From contig JBIKXJ010000001.1 in NCBI GenBank assembly GCA_044355825.1, forward strand, positions 1-27,472: a stretch of DNA of 27,472 nucleotides, given 5' to 3'. The position numbers and the translations under genes were made by a program. The notes under the pieces are model-generated. The model ran no database searches and was not told the DNA's origin. It saw nothing but the letters and a program-made list of their open reading frames with translations. The stretch is from Planctomycetaceae bacterium. Its GTDB lineage: Bacteria > Planctomycetota > Planctomycetia > Planctomycetales > Planctomycetaceae. Below are positions 8,617-18,244 of this stretch, in pieces (position 1 is the stretch's first letter; every line of letters starts with the position of its first letter).

Positions 8617-9702
8617 TCAAATCTGCCCGCGGACCTTTTCATCGGATTCTTCCGCTGGTGCTTGTTGATCAAACGAAACGGCGGTCTGATCATTTGTGGA
8701 AAATACGGCGCGGATTTCTTTTTCGGTGAGCGAACAGCCGTTGAGGCTGAGTGAGAAGAGGGTGGGGAGTTTTAGTGAACGGAGAGCATCGCTTTTGACC
8801 TGAGTGCGATCAGCCACAAGTGCGGCGAGCGCAGGGAAACCTGAATCAGAAAAACCAGCTCCGGTGAATTTCGATCCGGAGACGTTGATGGTTCGCAGCT
8901 CAGGAAGGGCGCCGAGCGCGTGGATGGAGGAGTCTGAAAGTGCAGGGTTTTCGCTGATGTCAAGGACGCGGAGGAGTTTGCAGTTGACCAGCGGTGCAAG
9001 GGTCGTGTCGTCGATGCTGCAGTCTTTGAGGGACAGTTCGGCAAGTTTTGGTAAGGCAGCGATGGCAAGGAGCGTTTCGGCGTCGATGGCGAGTCCATCA
9101 AGTTGCAGAACTTCGAGGTCGGGAGCTGTAGTCCTGAGGCTGCTGGCTGCGGCTGCCGTTAGTTTGAGAGTCGTCCCGGCGAGGCAGAGGGATTTGAGTT
9201 TAGCGGCAGGGAGACTGGCGAGACAGGCGTCGTCAACGCTGGTGTCACGCAGACAGAGTTCGGTGAGCTGGGCGTTTTGGCTGAGAGTCGCGAGGCGTTC
9301 CGGGGTGATATCGGCCGCTGCGGTCAGGTCAAGTGAGGAGAGCTGGGAGAGTGCGGCGATGGATTTTGCGGCGGTGTCACTGAATCTGCAGGCTTTCAGC
9401 TGCAATGACTGGAGCTGGCGGCATTCTGCGAGCGCCGCGAAACCAGCGTCGGTGACTCCGGATGCATCGCCGGAAATTTCACGAACGGAATCAGCCCCTG
9501 CGAGCAGCAGCAGATCGGCGTCGGTAAGCGGAGCGGCTTCGAAGCGGATGGCTTTGATGTTGCCGGCCATATCGCGGGCGACGCTGAGTCCCTGTCCGTG
9601 ACGTTGCTGGAAAGACTCAAGTTTGGAAGCGTTGTCGCAGCCAAAGGCAAGGGACAGCAGGGTGAGAGCAATAAGCAGGCGTTGGGGAAATTTGCTGAGC
9701 AC
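8617..9702 (-). CDS. Leucine-rich repeat lipoprotein
   Basis: GTG at 9702 with AAGGA 7 nt upstream. Signal VLSKFPQRLLIALTLLSLAFG-C, then LxxLxL repeats (LQSLQL, LSSLDL, LTELCL, LKSLCL, LEVLQL, LAELSL, LRVLDI, LRTINV). The track's extension to 9939 overlaps hisF and is unlikely. Confidence 0.85.
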   Translation of the reverse strand: MLSKFPQRLLIALTLLSLAFGCDNASKLESFQQRHGQGLSVARDMAGNIKAIRFEAAPLTDADLLLLAGADSVREISGDASGVTDAGFAALAECRQLQSLQLKACRFSDTAAKSIAALSQLSSLDLTAAADITPERLATLSQNAQLTELCLRDTSVDDACLASLPAAKLKSLCLAGTTLKLTAAAASSLRTTAPDLEVLQLDGLAIDAETLLAIAALPKLAELSLKDCSIDDTTLAPLVNCKLLRVLDISENPALSDSSIHALGALPELRTINVSGSKFTGAGFSDSGFPALAALVADRTQVKSDALRSLKLPTLFSLSLNGCSLTEKEIRAVFSTNDQTAVSFDQQAPAEESDEKVRGQI

Positions 9703-9812
9703 CGGCAGATCCTTGGTGGGAGAAGGGATAGGAAAGGCAGTAGAAACCAGAGCCAAGACGCGGGAGGGGAATCCTTGGCGCGGACGAAACACGGTGAGAC
9801 CAGTTACGCGGA

Positions 9813-10580
9813 TCACAGCCGGACGGGGATGCCGCAGGCGGCCATGCGGGATTTGACTTCGTGAATGGTACAGGTGCCGTAGTGGAAGATGCTGGCGGCG
9901 AGAGCGGCGCTGGCGCCGCCCGCCGTTAAGGCCTGGCAAAGATGTTCTGCGTTCCCGGCTCCGCCGCTGGCGACGACGGGGATGGAGACGGCGTCGGCGA
10001 CGGCGCGAGTAATTTCCAGATCATAGCCGTCTTTGGTGCCGTCGGCATCCATGCAGGTGAGGACGATTTCTCCGGCGCCGAGTTGTTCGACTTTTTGTGC
10101 CCATTCGACGGCATGCAGGCCGGTCGGGATGCGGCCTCCGTTGATGTGCACGTCCCAGATTTCACGGCCATCGCGCTGGATGCGTTTGGGGTCGATGTTG
10201 ACGACAATGCACTGGCTGCCGAAGCGGAGTGCGGCGGAACGGACGAAATCAGGATCGCGAACCGCAGTGGAATTGATGGAGACTTTGTCGCAGCCGGCCT
10301 GCAGGAGTTGACGGATATCTTCGAGCGTGCGAATGCCGCCGCCGACAGTGAGCGGCATGAAGATGACTTCTGATGTGCGAGCGACGACGTCAAGAATGAT
10401 GCCCCGCTGTTCGTGACTGGCGGTGATATCGAGGAACACGAGTTCGTCGGCGCCCTGCTGTTCGTAACGTCGGGCAATTTCGACCGGATCGCCCGCGTCC
10501 TTCAGATTAACGAAATTCACCCCTTTAACGACACGTCCGGCGTGAACATCAAGACATGGAATGATACGCTTTGCGAGCAT
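9813..10580 (-). CDS. hisF: Imidazole glycerol phosphate synthase cyclase subunit
   Basis: [75 protein letters not shown] and ALAASIFH are canonical HisF motifs. Confidence 0.97.
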   Translation of the reverse strand: MLAKRIIPCLDVHAGRVVKGVNFVNLKDAGDPVEIARRYEQQGADELVFLDITASHEQRGIILDVVARTSEVIFMPLTVGGGIRTLEDIRQLLQAGCDKVSINSTAVRDPDFVRSAALRFGSQCIVVNIDPKRIQRDGREIWDVHINGGRIPTGLHAVEWAQKVEQLGAGEIVLTCMDADGTKDGYDLEITRAVADAVSIPVVASGGAGNAEHLCQALTAGGASAALAASIFHYGTCTIHEVKSRMAACGIPVRL

Positions 10581-10721
10581 GTTTGGGAATCCGTAGAGAA
10601 CTTTCTGGACGGCTGTCAGCCGTATCTCACAATTCTACACTGCGTCTTTCAACTCCACGACCCAACATTCAGCGAATTGCCGGCAGAACACAATCGAAAT
10701 GTATACGGAAGGAAGCGTCCC

Positions 10722-11870
10722 GTGACGCAGGTTCAAAGCGGTCGAACGGTGGAAGTCCAGCTGGGCTCCCGCAGCTACTCCATTATCATCCGTCGGAACT
10801 GTCTCCAGCAGGCAGGGACGCTCATGAGCGGTTGGCCGGCCATTGGTTCGTTGTCGGGGCAGCGAGTCTTTGTGGCTGTGGATGCGGTGCTGGCGGAGTC
10901 ACACGGGGCAACCTTTTGTCAATCACTCGCGGCAGCCGGAGCGGAATTGCATGCTGTTAGTATTCCCTCGGGGGAAGCATCCAAGTCATGGCAGCAAACC
11001 CAATCCCTTTACGATGCTCTCGTGAAAATGTCGGCCGACAGAAAAACGATCGTGGCGGCCGTGGGAGGCGGTGTAACAGGAGATCTCGTTGGTTTCGCTG
11101 CCGCCACCTACGCACGCGGTTTGCGATTCGTGCAGGTGCCCACAACGCTGCTCTCAATGGTCGACAGTTCCGTTGGCGGGAAAACCGGTATTAATCATCC
11201 GCAGGGCAAAAATTTGATCGGCGCATTCCATCAGCCGGCAGGAGTTCTGATTGATGCCGCAGTACTGGCCACATTGCCGGACCGCGACTATCGATCGGGG
11301 CTGGCCGAAGTAGTCAAGTACGGTGTCATTCTGGACGCGGAATTCTTTGAATTCCTCGAACGTTCGGCAGAAAAACTGCTGGCGCGGGACACAGAAGTGC
11401 TGGCAACAGTGATCGCTCGCAGCTGTCAGCTCAAAGCTGACGTCGTGCAGCAGGACGAATTCGAGAAGACCGGCCTGAGGGCGATGCTCAATTACGGTCA
11501 CACCTTCGCACACGCCTTTGAGGCGCTTGCAGGCTACGGCGAGTTGCTGCACGGTGAAGCCGTTTCGATTGGCATGGTCTGCGCCAGTCGGCTGGCACAG
11601 CGACTGGGACGCATCCCCCCCGACGCCACTCGCCGACAACAGGTTCTGCTGAAGTCGCTCGGACTGCCCGTCGCAGTCCCCCAATTCATTCTTGAACGTC
11701 CCAATCAAGTACTGGATTGCATGCTGCTGGACAAAAAAACCGAGAGTCGTCAGCTGCGATTTGTGCTACCCAGCCGAATCGGTCATGTGGAAGTCGTAAA
11801 GGCCGTTGAAAATCATCTCGTCCTCGAATCGCTCGCAGAAGAAACAGGCGGGATAACGCCACAGCGTTAG
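10722..11870 (+). CDS. aroB: 3-dehydroquinate synthase
   Basis: GGGVTGDLVGFAAATYARG, QVPTTLLSMVDSSVGGKTGIN, KNLIGAFHQP, GLAEVVKYG, LNYGHTFAHA and HGEAV. Start placed at GTG 10722 (AAGGA at 10709-10713); the track's start at 10413 overlaps hisF. Confidence 0.96.
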   Translation: MTQVQSGRTVEVQLGSRSYSIIIRRNCLQQAGTLMSGWPAIGSLSGQRVFVAVDAVLAESHGATFCQSLAAAGAELHAVSIPSGEASKSWQQTQSLYDALVKMSADRKTIVAAVGGGVTGDLVGFAAATYARGLRFVQVPTTLLSMVDSSVGGKTGINHPQGKNLIGAFHQPAGVLIDAAVLATLPDRDYRSGLAEVVKYGVILDAEFFEFLERSAEKLLARDTEVLATVIARSCQLKADVVQQDEFEKTGLRAMLNYGHTFAHAFEALAGYGELLHGEAVSIGMVCASRLAQRLGRIPPDATRRQQVLLKSLGLPVAVPQFILERPNQVLDCMLLDKKTESRQLRFVLPSRIGHVEVVKAVENHLVLESLAEETGGITPQR

Positions 11871-12255
11871 CCGACCGGCAATTGCAAAACCTTGAGAAGC
11901 AATCCGGAATTAGCTTCACCCATCCGAAACTCGTGCAGAATTCGACGACGGCGTATCCTTTGCGGGCTTTGAGGAATGTCACGGAGAATCTCGCAAGGCG
12001 AATCGAGCGGCTCGAATGCTGCCGAGTATGGTCGAAGACGCGTCAGCAGTTTTGACGATGCCGAAACGCCTCGGGAGCCTTTGCTGGAATGTGACATGCG
12101 ATTCCGTAGTCCAGTCCAGTGACAGGCAGCCCCGAGGTCCGCCTGAGGTGCCGGTTATTCCGGAAATACCAATAATCCCAACATTTCCTTAACGGGAAAC
12201 ACAATTCGGTTCTGGATATTCTGGATTTCCGTTCCAATAATGTCGGCGTCGCGCG

Positions 12256-12267
12256 TGGTAGCATAAT
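12256..12267 (+). promoter_or_regulatory. Putative extended -10 promoter for the polysaccharide operon
   Basis: TG-G-TAGCAT (12256-12264) overlapping CATAAT (12262-12267), about 60 bp upstream of the wzc-like GTG. No clear -35 element. Confidence 0.35.
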
Positions 12268-12327
12268 CCTGCAAGTCAGCAGCATAGCCCTGCAGCAGTT
12301 CAGTGGTTCACAATTGGAGCATTATCA

Positions 12328-14700
12328 GTGTCAATTTCGCAGATCGACGGCCAGGTTGGTCAGAGAATCGCGGAGGAAAACAGCGCCGGCCTGGACCTGA
12401 TTGGGTTCATTCGCCGCCGCAAGTCCTTTGTCATTCTGTTCGGACTGCTCGGCACCGGGGTTGGCTACATGATGCTCAACCGCGAAGTGCCTCAGTATCG
12501 TTCCGAAGCGATGGTGCAGGTGATTCACCGCCAGTCCGACCAGCGACTTCGCAACATGCTGGCTGAAAAAGACCTGACAGACTCTGTTTACGTGCTCAAA
12601 AGCCCCCGCACACTTTCTGCGGCCTACAAAAATCATGGCCTTGCCAGCAAATCAACGCTGTCCGGCATGCCTGAAGAAGAGGCCGTTGCCACAATGGCCG
12701 GACTGCTGTCGGCCCGATCGCTCTCACCAACTGTAATTTCCATCGCGGTCACCGGCACCAACCCCGAAGACATCCGCGACATTGCCAATGCCGCAGCGGA
12801 AGAATATGTCCTTGCCCAGCGTGAAAACTACAAGGACGCCTCCGAAGAACTCAAACTCATTCTCAGCCGTGCTCGCGACGAATTTCTGACGATGCTGCGT
12901 AACGCCGAACAGGAATACGCTCAGTTTCGCGAAACCTCCAACCTCTCCACCGACGGCGACAATCCGTACCGCGTGCGTGCTCGCGCAGCCGAAGCCCGCC
13001 TCGCCGAATTTGAGCTCGAAAAAGCCGAACTGCAGGCGGAACTGGAACAACTTCGCGACGCTACTGCCAAAGGCGGGGCCCGCGAAGCAATCCTGCTGCT
13101 CGTTGCCAACAGGGCTCCCAACTCCGAACGTCAAAGCGTGGTCGGCAGTCCTTCCGACATGCTCAACGACGCCCTGTTTCCGCTCTATCTGGAAGAAGCC
13201 AAACTCGCTACGGAACTCGGCCCCGGACACCCGCGGCTCAAGTCCCTGCAGATGAAAATCCAAATGACGCGTAAGCACATGCAGGATATGGCAGGTCTCG
13301 AGGCCACTGCTGCTGCCGCATCCGGCACAGAAGACGGCACCGGCGAAAAGGAATCCCAGGATTTCCTTACCGTTTACCTGCAGTCCCTCGAACAGCAGCT
13401 CAGTATCATCGCAAGGCAGCAGGAATCCATAAAGTCGCTCGCCGACAGCGAGGATCTGCTTGCCCGAAAACTGATGATGGAAGAAATCGAAGACAAGAAC
13501 AAGAAAGCCGAAATTGATCGCCTTTCAACACTCTTCAACGAAACCACGCTGTCCATCAGCGAAGTACAGGTCAACGCCGGCATGGGCGGCGTAACCGCTC
13601 AGGTGCTCTCCAAAGCCCGCACTGGTGTGAAAATCTCCCCTATTATGGAGCGATTCCTCGGAATGGGTGCCCTGCTCGGCGCCATGTTCGGTCTCGGCAT
13701 CGGCTACCTGATAGAAATGGCTGACCGTTCCTTCCGCAAACCCGAAGACATCATCCGCGAATTCGGGGTGCCGATCATGGGGCACATCCCATTCATGACA
13801 GAACAGCGGCTGAAAGCGGCAGCCGAGGACAGCAAGTTCGACCGCTCTGCAATTTCCGTGCATCTGCCAAGGTCGCGACCGGCCGAGGCATTCCGAGCCA
13901 TCCGCACGGCCGTTTGTTTCAGTGCTCTGGGTGGCGAACATCGGGTGATCTCTGTAACCAGTCCGGCCGCCGGCGACGGAAAATCAACTCTGGCACTCAA
14001 CCTCGCAATTTCACTCGCACAGTCCGGCAAAAAGACGATTATCGTCGAAAGCGACCTGCGTCGTCCCAAAGTTCACAAGCTCACAGGCGCAGAAAACAAA
14101 GTCGGCATCGTCGATGCCCTCCGCGGCACGCTGCCCCTCGACGAATGCATCCAGCCAACTCAGGTCAGCGACCTCAGTGTGATGCCATGTGGCCCACGCC
14201 CCAAGGACCCCGCAGAACTGCTCGCTCGGCCCGAATACGAACGAGTGCTGGCCGACCTGCGTGCTCGGTTTGACTACGTAATCGTCGACACCCCGCCCGT
14301 ACTCGCCGTAACCGACCCTGCCGGCGTGGCTGCTCGCGTCGATGGCACGATCGTCTGCATGCGTCTCAGTCGGCACACTCGCGACCTCGGCAAACGAACT
14401 GTCGAATCGCTGCGGGATATCGGTGCAACGGTCGCCGGTATCGTGATCAACGGTGTCGAAGAACGCGACGCCTACGGATACGGCAACTACCGTTACTCCG
14501 ACTACCGCTACTACTACAAGAACTACAATTACAAATACGGCTACGGCCGTTACGGCTCCTACAACTCCTATTCAGAGACAGAAGGGTCCGAGTATTACTC
14601 GGACGACCGCCCTTCTCAATTGCGGGGACAGCGGCAGCAAAGTATTGAGGACAACGTGTCTTCGGAACAGACGGAAGCAGAGAAATCTGACAAGGTCTGA
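12328..14700 (+). CDS. wzc: Wzc-like polysaccharide co-polymerase / BY-kinase (tyrosine autokinase)
   Basis: Two TM helices flank a coiled-coil periplasmic domain. Walker A SPAAGDGKS, A' ESDLRRP, Walker B VIVDTPP, and a C-terminal Tyr cluster. GGAG at 12316-12319. Confidence 0.93.
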   Translation: MSISQIDGQVGQRIAEENSAGLDLIGFIRRRKSFVILFGLLGTGVGYMMLNREVPQYRSEAMVQVIHRQSDQRLRNMLAEKDLTDSVYVLKSPRTLSAAYKNHGLASKSTLSGMPEEEAVATMAGLLSARSLSPTVISIAVTGTNPEDIRDIANAAAEEYVLAQRENYKDASEELKLILSRARDEFLTMLRNAEQEYAQFRETSNLSTDGDNPYRVRARAAEARLAEFELEKAELQAELEQLRDATAKGGAREAILLLVANRAPNSERQSVVGSPSDMLNDALFPLYLEEAKLATELGPGHPRLKSLQMKIQMTRKHMQDMAGLEATAAAASGTEDGTGEKESQDFLTVYLQSLEQQLSIIARQQESIKSLADSEDLLARKLMMEEIEDKNKKAEIDRLSTLFNETTLSISEVQVNAGMGGVTAQVLSKARTGVKISPIMERFLGMGALLGAMFGLGIGYLIEMADRSFRKPEDIIREFGVPIMGHIPFMTEQRLKAAAEDSKFDRSAISVHLPRSRPAEAFRAIRTAVCFSALGGEHRVISVTSPAAGDGKSTLALNLAISLAQSGKKTIIVESDLRRPKVHKLTGAENKVGIVDALRGTLPLDECIQPTQVSDLSVMPCGPRPKDPAELLARPEYERVLADLRARFDYVIVDTPPVLAVTDPAGVAARVDGTIVCMRLSRHTRDLGKRTVESLRDIGATVAGIVINGVEERDAYGYGNYRYSDYRYYYKNYNYKYGYGRYGSYNSYSETEGSEYYSDDRPSQLRGQRQQSIEDNVSSEQTEAEKSDKV

Positions 14701-14754
14701 TAGCCGTGGCCCCAACAGATCCTGCCGGCTCGTCAGCGCAAAAAGTCTTCTCAG

Positions 14755-16026
14755 ATGCGTTCCGTCTCTTTTGCACCGATCTCAAGGCAACGGGTGCTGT
14801 TTCTCAACAGGTCCTACTGGCCCGATATGGAGGCTACCGGCCAGTTACTAACAGAACTCTGCGAAGGACTTTCATCGCGTTTTGAAGTCGAAGTAGTTTC
14901 CGGGCAGCCAAACAGCATTTCCCCGGCTGCCCCGGAAGACTGGCGCACCCTCGAAACCCGCAACAGTGTTCGTATCAATCGATTGCGGCACACCCAGTTC
15001 GCCAAGGGGCGTCTCTGGACGAGGGCCGTCAATTATCTGACGTTCTCAGTGGCCGTCCGGCATGCACTCAGACGCTGGTCGGCACCAGACGCCGTGGTAT
15101 TCGAAACCGATCCGTTCCTGCTGGCTTTTGAAGCGCACAGACTGTCGCGGAGGACTGGCTGCCGCCTGATCGGATACCTGCAGGACATTCACCCCGACGT
15201 AGGAATCGCGCTCGGGAAAATCCGCAACAGTTATGCAGTTCGCCGACTGCGAGAATCACTCTTTCGAGTTTACCGCGACTGTGACAGGATTGTGGTGCTC
15301 AGCCAGGACATGCGGAAACTTCTGTGCTCAGAAGGGGTGGCTCCGGAGCGGGTGACGGTGATTCCCAATTGGGCCGACACCGAACGGATCGTACCGGTCA
15401 CAGGTGTCAATGCTTTTCGCCGTAAGCACGGGCTGGAAGGAAGATTCCTTGTGATGTATTCGGGGAATCTTGGGATGACCCAGCGTTTGAGTGATTTTGT
15501 CTCGGCGGCAGCGCTGCTGGCCGAAGATCCGCGGATTCACTTTGCGTTCGTCGGCCGCGGGGCGCTCGAAGCTGAGCTGCGGGCAGATGTCGCTGCACGG
15601 CAGCTAAGTAATGTGAGCTTCTTCGACTACCAGCCGCGCGAGACGCTCGGGGAGAGTTTGTCGGCGGCCGATCTGCACCTTGTGCCACTGACTGCATCCC
15701 TGGCCGGCTGCCTGATGCCCAGCAAGCTCTATGGCATTCTCGCAGCTGGACGCCCCTGCCTCACAAATGCGCCCGCAGGCACGGAACTGCATCGGCTGGT
15801 ATGTGAGGAAGAGGTGGGATTTGCGGTTCCGTCTGGTTCCGTTGAGGAACTCGCTGGTGCCATCCGCGAAGCTGCTGCAGATCCACAGCGACTTCAGCAA
15901 ATGAACGAACGTTCAAGAAGGCTGGCCGAGACATGTTTCAGTCGGGAATTAAGCATCGCGAAGTTTGGTAGTTTGCTCGAGAGTGTACTGCAGCGCGGGG
16001 GCGAGTCTGAACTGCAGGCCATGTGA
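14755..16026 (+). CDS. Glycosyltransferase family 4, WcaI-like
   Basis: LNRSYWPDMEATGQLLTEL, LQDIHPD, IPNWAD, MYSGNLG and PSKLYGILAAGRP match WcaI-type GT4 enzymes. It sits next to fcl and gmd, as wcaI does in colanic acid loci. Confidence 0.88.
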   Translation: MRSVSFAPISRQRVLFLNRSYWPDMEATGQLLTELCEGLSSRFEVEVVSGQPNSISPAAPEDWRTLETRNSVRINRLRHTQFAKGRLWTRAVNYLTFSVAVRHALRRWSAPDAVVFETDPFLLAFEAHRLSRRTGCRLIGYLQDIHPDVGIALGKIRNSYAVRRLRESLFRVYRDCDRIVVLSQDMRKLLCSEGVAPERVTVIPNWADTERIVPVTGVNAFRRKHGLEGRFLVMYSGNLGMTQRLSDFVSAAALLAEDPRIHFAFVGRGALEAELRADVAARQLSNVSFFDYQPRETLGESLSAADLHLVPLTASLAGCLMPSKLYGILAAGRPCLTNAPAGTELHRLVCEEEVGFAVPSGSVEELAGAIREAAADPQRLQQMNERSRRLAETCFSRELSIAKFGSLLESVLQRGGESELQAM

Positions 16027-16032
16027 CAAACC

Positions 16033-17007
16033 ATGCATGGGAAAGACATGATTATGCTGACCTCTGAAACACCAATTTATGTGGCGGGCCACCGCGGAAT
16101 GGTGGGTTCGGCTGTCGTTCGCAGACTGCAGGCCTCTGGAGTTGGGCGATTATTGCTGCGAACACGACAGGAGCTGGATTTGATGAATCAGGCTGCTGTG
16201 GAACATTTCTTTGCCGAGCAGCGTCCGGAAGTCGTGATTTTTGCGGCTGCCCGAGTCGGCGGAATTCTCGCTAACAGCACTCGGCCGGCAGAGTTTCTGT
16301 ACGAGAATCTGATTATGGCCAGCAATGCCGTGCACGCCGCATGGCATGCCGGGGTGCAGCGATTCTTGTTTCTTGGCAGCACCTGCATTTACCCGCGGCT
16401 GGCTCCGCAGCCCATTCCTGAAGACAGCCTGCTAACATCGTCGCTCGAACCCACCAATGAAGCCTACGCCATTGCCAAGATCGCAGGTTTGAAGCTCTGC
16501 GAATTCTACCGTCGGCAATACGGAGTGCTGTATCATTCTGCCATGCCGACAAACTTATACGGCCCTGGTGACAACTATCATCCGCAGCACAGCCATGTGC
16601 TGCCGGCACTGATCCGCAGAATTCATGAAGCTGCGGTGGCGAACTCCACTGAGGTACGAATTTGGGGCACCGGGGCGCCGCTCCGCGAATTTCTGCATGT
16701 GGATGATCTTGCCGCCGCCATCCTGCATCTGCTGCAGCTGGAAAATCCCCCGGATCTGGTGAATGTCGGCAGCGGCCGTGAAATCAGCATACTGGACCTT
16801 GCCCGACTGGTTGCTGAGACCGTTGGTTTTCGTGGACAGATCACGACAGACCCTGAAAAACCGGACGGTACCCCCAGAAAGCTCTGTGATATCAGCCGGA
16901 TTCAGTCCACCGGCTGGGAACCTCAAATCTCCCTTGAGGATGGAATTCGCGGGGCATGGCAGGACTTTCTTAAAGCAGCAGACAGCGGCACTCTGCGTGA
17001 TGTTTGA
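16033..17007 (+). CDS. fcl: GDP-L-fucose synthase
   Basis: [73 protein letters not shown] and KPDGTPRK. The true start may be 16048 or 16054. Confidence 0.96.
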   Translation: MHGKDMIMLTSETPIYVAGHRGMVGSAVVRRLQASGVGRLLLRTRQELDLMNQAAVEHFFAEQRPEVVIFAAARVGGILANSTRPAEFLYENLIMASNAVHAAWHAGVQRFLFLGSTCIYPRLAPQPIPEDSLLTSSLEPTNEAYAIAKIAGLKLCEFYRRQYGVLYHSAMPTNLYGPGDNYHPQHSHVLPALIRRIHEAAVANSTEVRIWGTGAPLREFLHVDDLAAAILHLLQLENPPDLVNVGSGREISILDLARLVAETVGFRGQITTDPEKPDGTPRKLCDISRIQSTGWEPQISLEDGIRGAWQDFLKAADSGTLRDV

Positions 17008-17220
17008 AGATATTCGTCGCACTTCCGGTTTTTTCCCTGCATGTGGTGTAACCCGCAAAATCCTCTGCGTTTCTCTGCCTAACTTCTGCCACGCGTTTGA
17101 ATAGAACTTTCCGGCAATTTCCGTGTGAGACATTCTGCGGGAACGGTTTTGAAGTGCATTCAGACGAATTTGAACCAATGCACGGCGGCGTCAAATTACT
17201 CTTTTAATACTGTGAATCTC

Positions 17221-18237
17221 ATGAGCAAGTCAGCGCTGATTACTGGAATTACTGGTCAGGATGGTTCGTATTTGGCAGAACTGCTGTTGGAAAAAGGCTA
17301 TACGGTACATGGCCTGGTGCGGCGAGCATCGACCTTCACAACCGGCCGTATCAATCACATCTATTCGGACCCACATACTTCGGGCGCAAGGCTGTTTCTG
17401 CACTACGGCGATTTGACTGACGGACAAAGCCTGACGAATCTGGTGCTGGACATCGAGCCGGACGAGATTTACAACCTGGGGGCTCAAAGCCATGTGAGGG
17501 TCTCGTTTGATCAGCCGGCATACACCTTTCAGGCAACTGGTGGCGGAGCATTAAACGTGCTCGAAGCAGCCCGACAACTCAACAAGAAAAAAAACGTCCG
17601 CGTCTATCAGGCATCATCCAGCGAAATGTATGGCGAAGTGCTCGAAACGCCGCAAACCGAAAAGACCCCCTTCCAGCCGCAAAGTCCCTACGCCTGTGCC
17701 AAGGTGTTTGCATTCCATCAGACTGTGAACTATCGCAAGTCTTATGATATGTTTGCCGTCAACGGCATTCTGTTTAACCACGAAAGTCCGCGGAGGGGTG
17801 AAACCTTTGTCACCCGCAAAATCACCCGCGCTGCAACTCGCATTAAGCTTGGCCTCCAGGAGAAACTCTATCTTGGTAATCTCGCAGCCAAACGCGACTG
17901 GGGCTACGCAAAGGACTACGTTGAAGGCATGTGGCGGATGCTGCAGCATTCCGAGCCGGACGACTTTGTTCTGGCAACTGGCCGAACACAAACGGTTCAG
18001 GAATTCGCTGACCTCGTGTTTGCCAGACTCGGTCTGAATGCGGCCGACTACATCGAAATTGACCAAAGGTATTTCCGCCCGGCCGAAGTTGACCTGCTGC
18101 TCGGTGATTGTTCGAAGGCCACAGAAAAGCTCGGCTGGACAGCATCCACCACGCTGGAGCAACTGGCGGCCCTGATGGTCGATCACGACCTTGCGCTCGC
18201 ACGGGAAGAAGCGATCCTTGCTGCTGCAAGAAAGTAG
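17221..18237 (+). CDS. gmd: GDP-mannose 4,6-dehydratase (copy 1)
   Basis: [67 protein letters not shown] and RPAEV. Start taken at ATG 17221. Confidence 0.96.
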   Translation: MSKSALITGITGQDGSYLAELLLEKGYTVHGLVRRASTFTTGRINHIYSDPHTSGARLFLHYGDLTDGQSLTNLVLDIEPDEIYNLGAQSHVRVSFDQPAYTFQATGGGALNVLEAARQLNKKKNVRVYQASSSEMYGEVLETPQTEKTPFQPQSPYACAKVFAFHQTVNYRKSYDMFAVNGILFNHESPRRGETFVTRKITRAATRIKLGLQEKLYLGNLAAKRDWGYAKDYVEGMWRMLQHSEPDDFVLATGRTQTVQEFADLVFARLGLNAADYIEIDQRYFRPAEVDLLLGDCSKATEKLGWTASTTLEQLAALMVDHDLALAREEAILAAARK

Positions 18238-18244
18238 TCCCCAA

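Noticed and set aside
8804-9601. 265-aa Ser/Ala/Arg-rich plus-strand ORF
   Set aside because: It is antisense to the LRR gene, and its composition is explained by the reverse complement of Leu/Ala-rich codons.
9703-9939. Arg-rich N-terminal extension of the LRR ORF
   Set aside because: It overlaps the hisF 3' end; the GTG at 9702 has an RBS and starts a clean lipoprotein signal.
10413-10721. 103-aa N-terminal extension of AroB in the ORF track
   Set aside because: It overlaps hisF head-to-head; a GTG with a good RBS at 10722 gives a normal-length AroB.
12060-12180. Possible riboswitch upstream of wzc (CCTCGGG/CCCGAGG stem, CCTGA...CCGGTTATTCCGG resembling TPP P4-P5)
   Set aside because: It lacks the conserved CUGAGA and CGUAGGGA-type elements of TPP and matches no other riboswitch consensus I know; the gene context is also wrong.
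12256-12265. ops/JUMPstart-like GGTAG element before the EPS operon
   Set aside because: It is only a partial match to GGCGGTAGnnTG with no JUMPstart context, and is better explained as an extended -10.
11867-12285. Short minus-strand ORFs in the aroB-wzc spacer
   Set aside because: No RBS, signal or motif, and the composition looks non-coding.
17154-17183. GTGCATT/AATGCAC stem upstream of gmd copy 1
   Set aside because: A single 7-bp dyad with no second copy or recognisable consensus.
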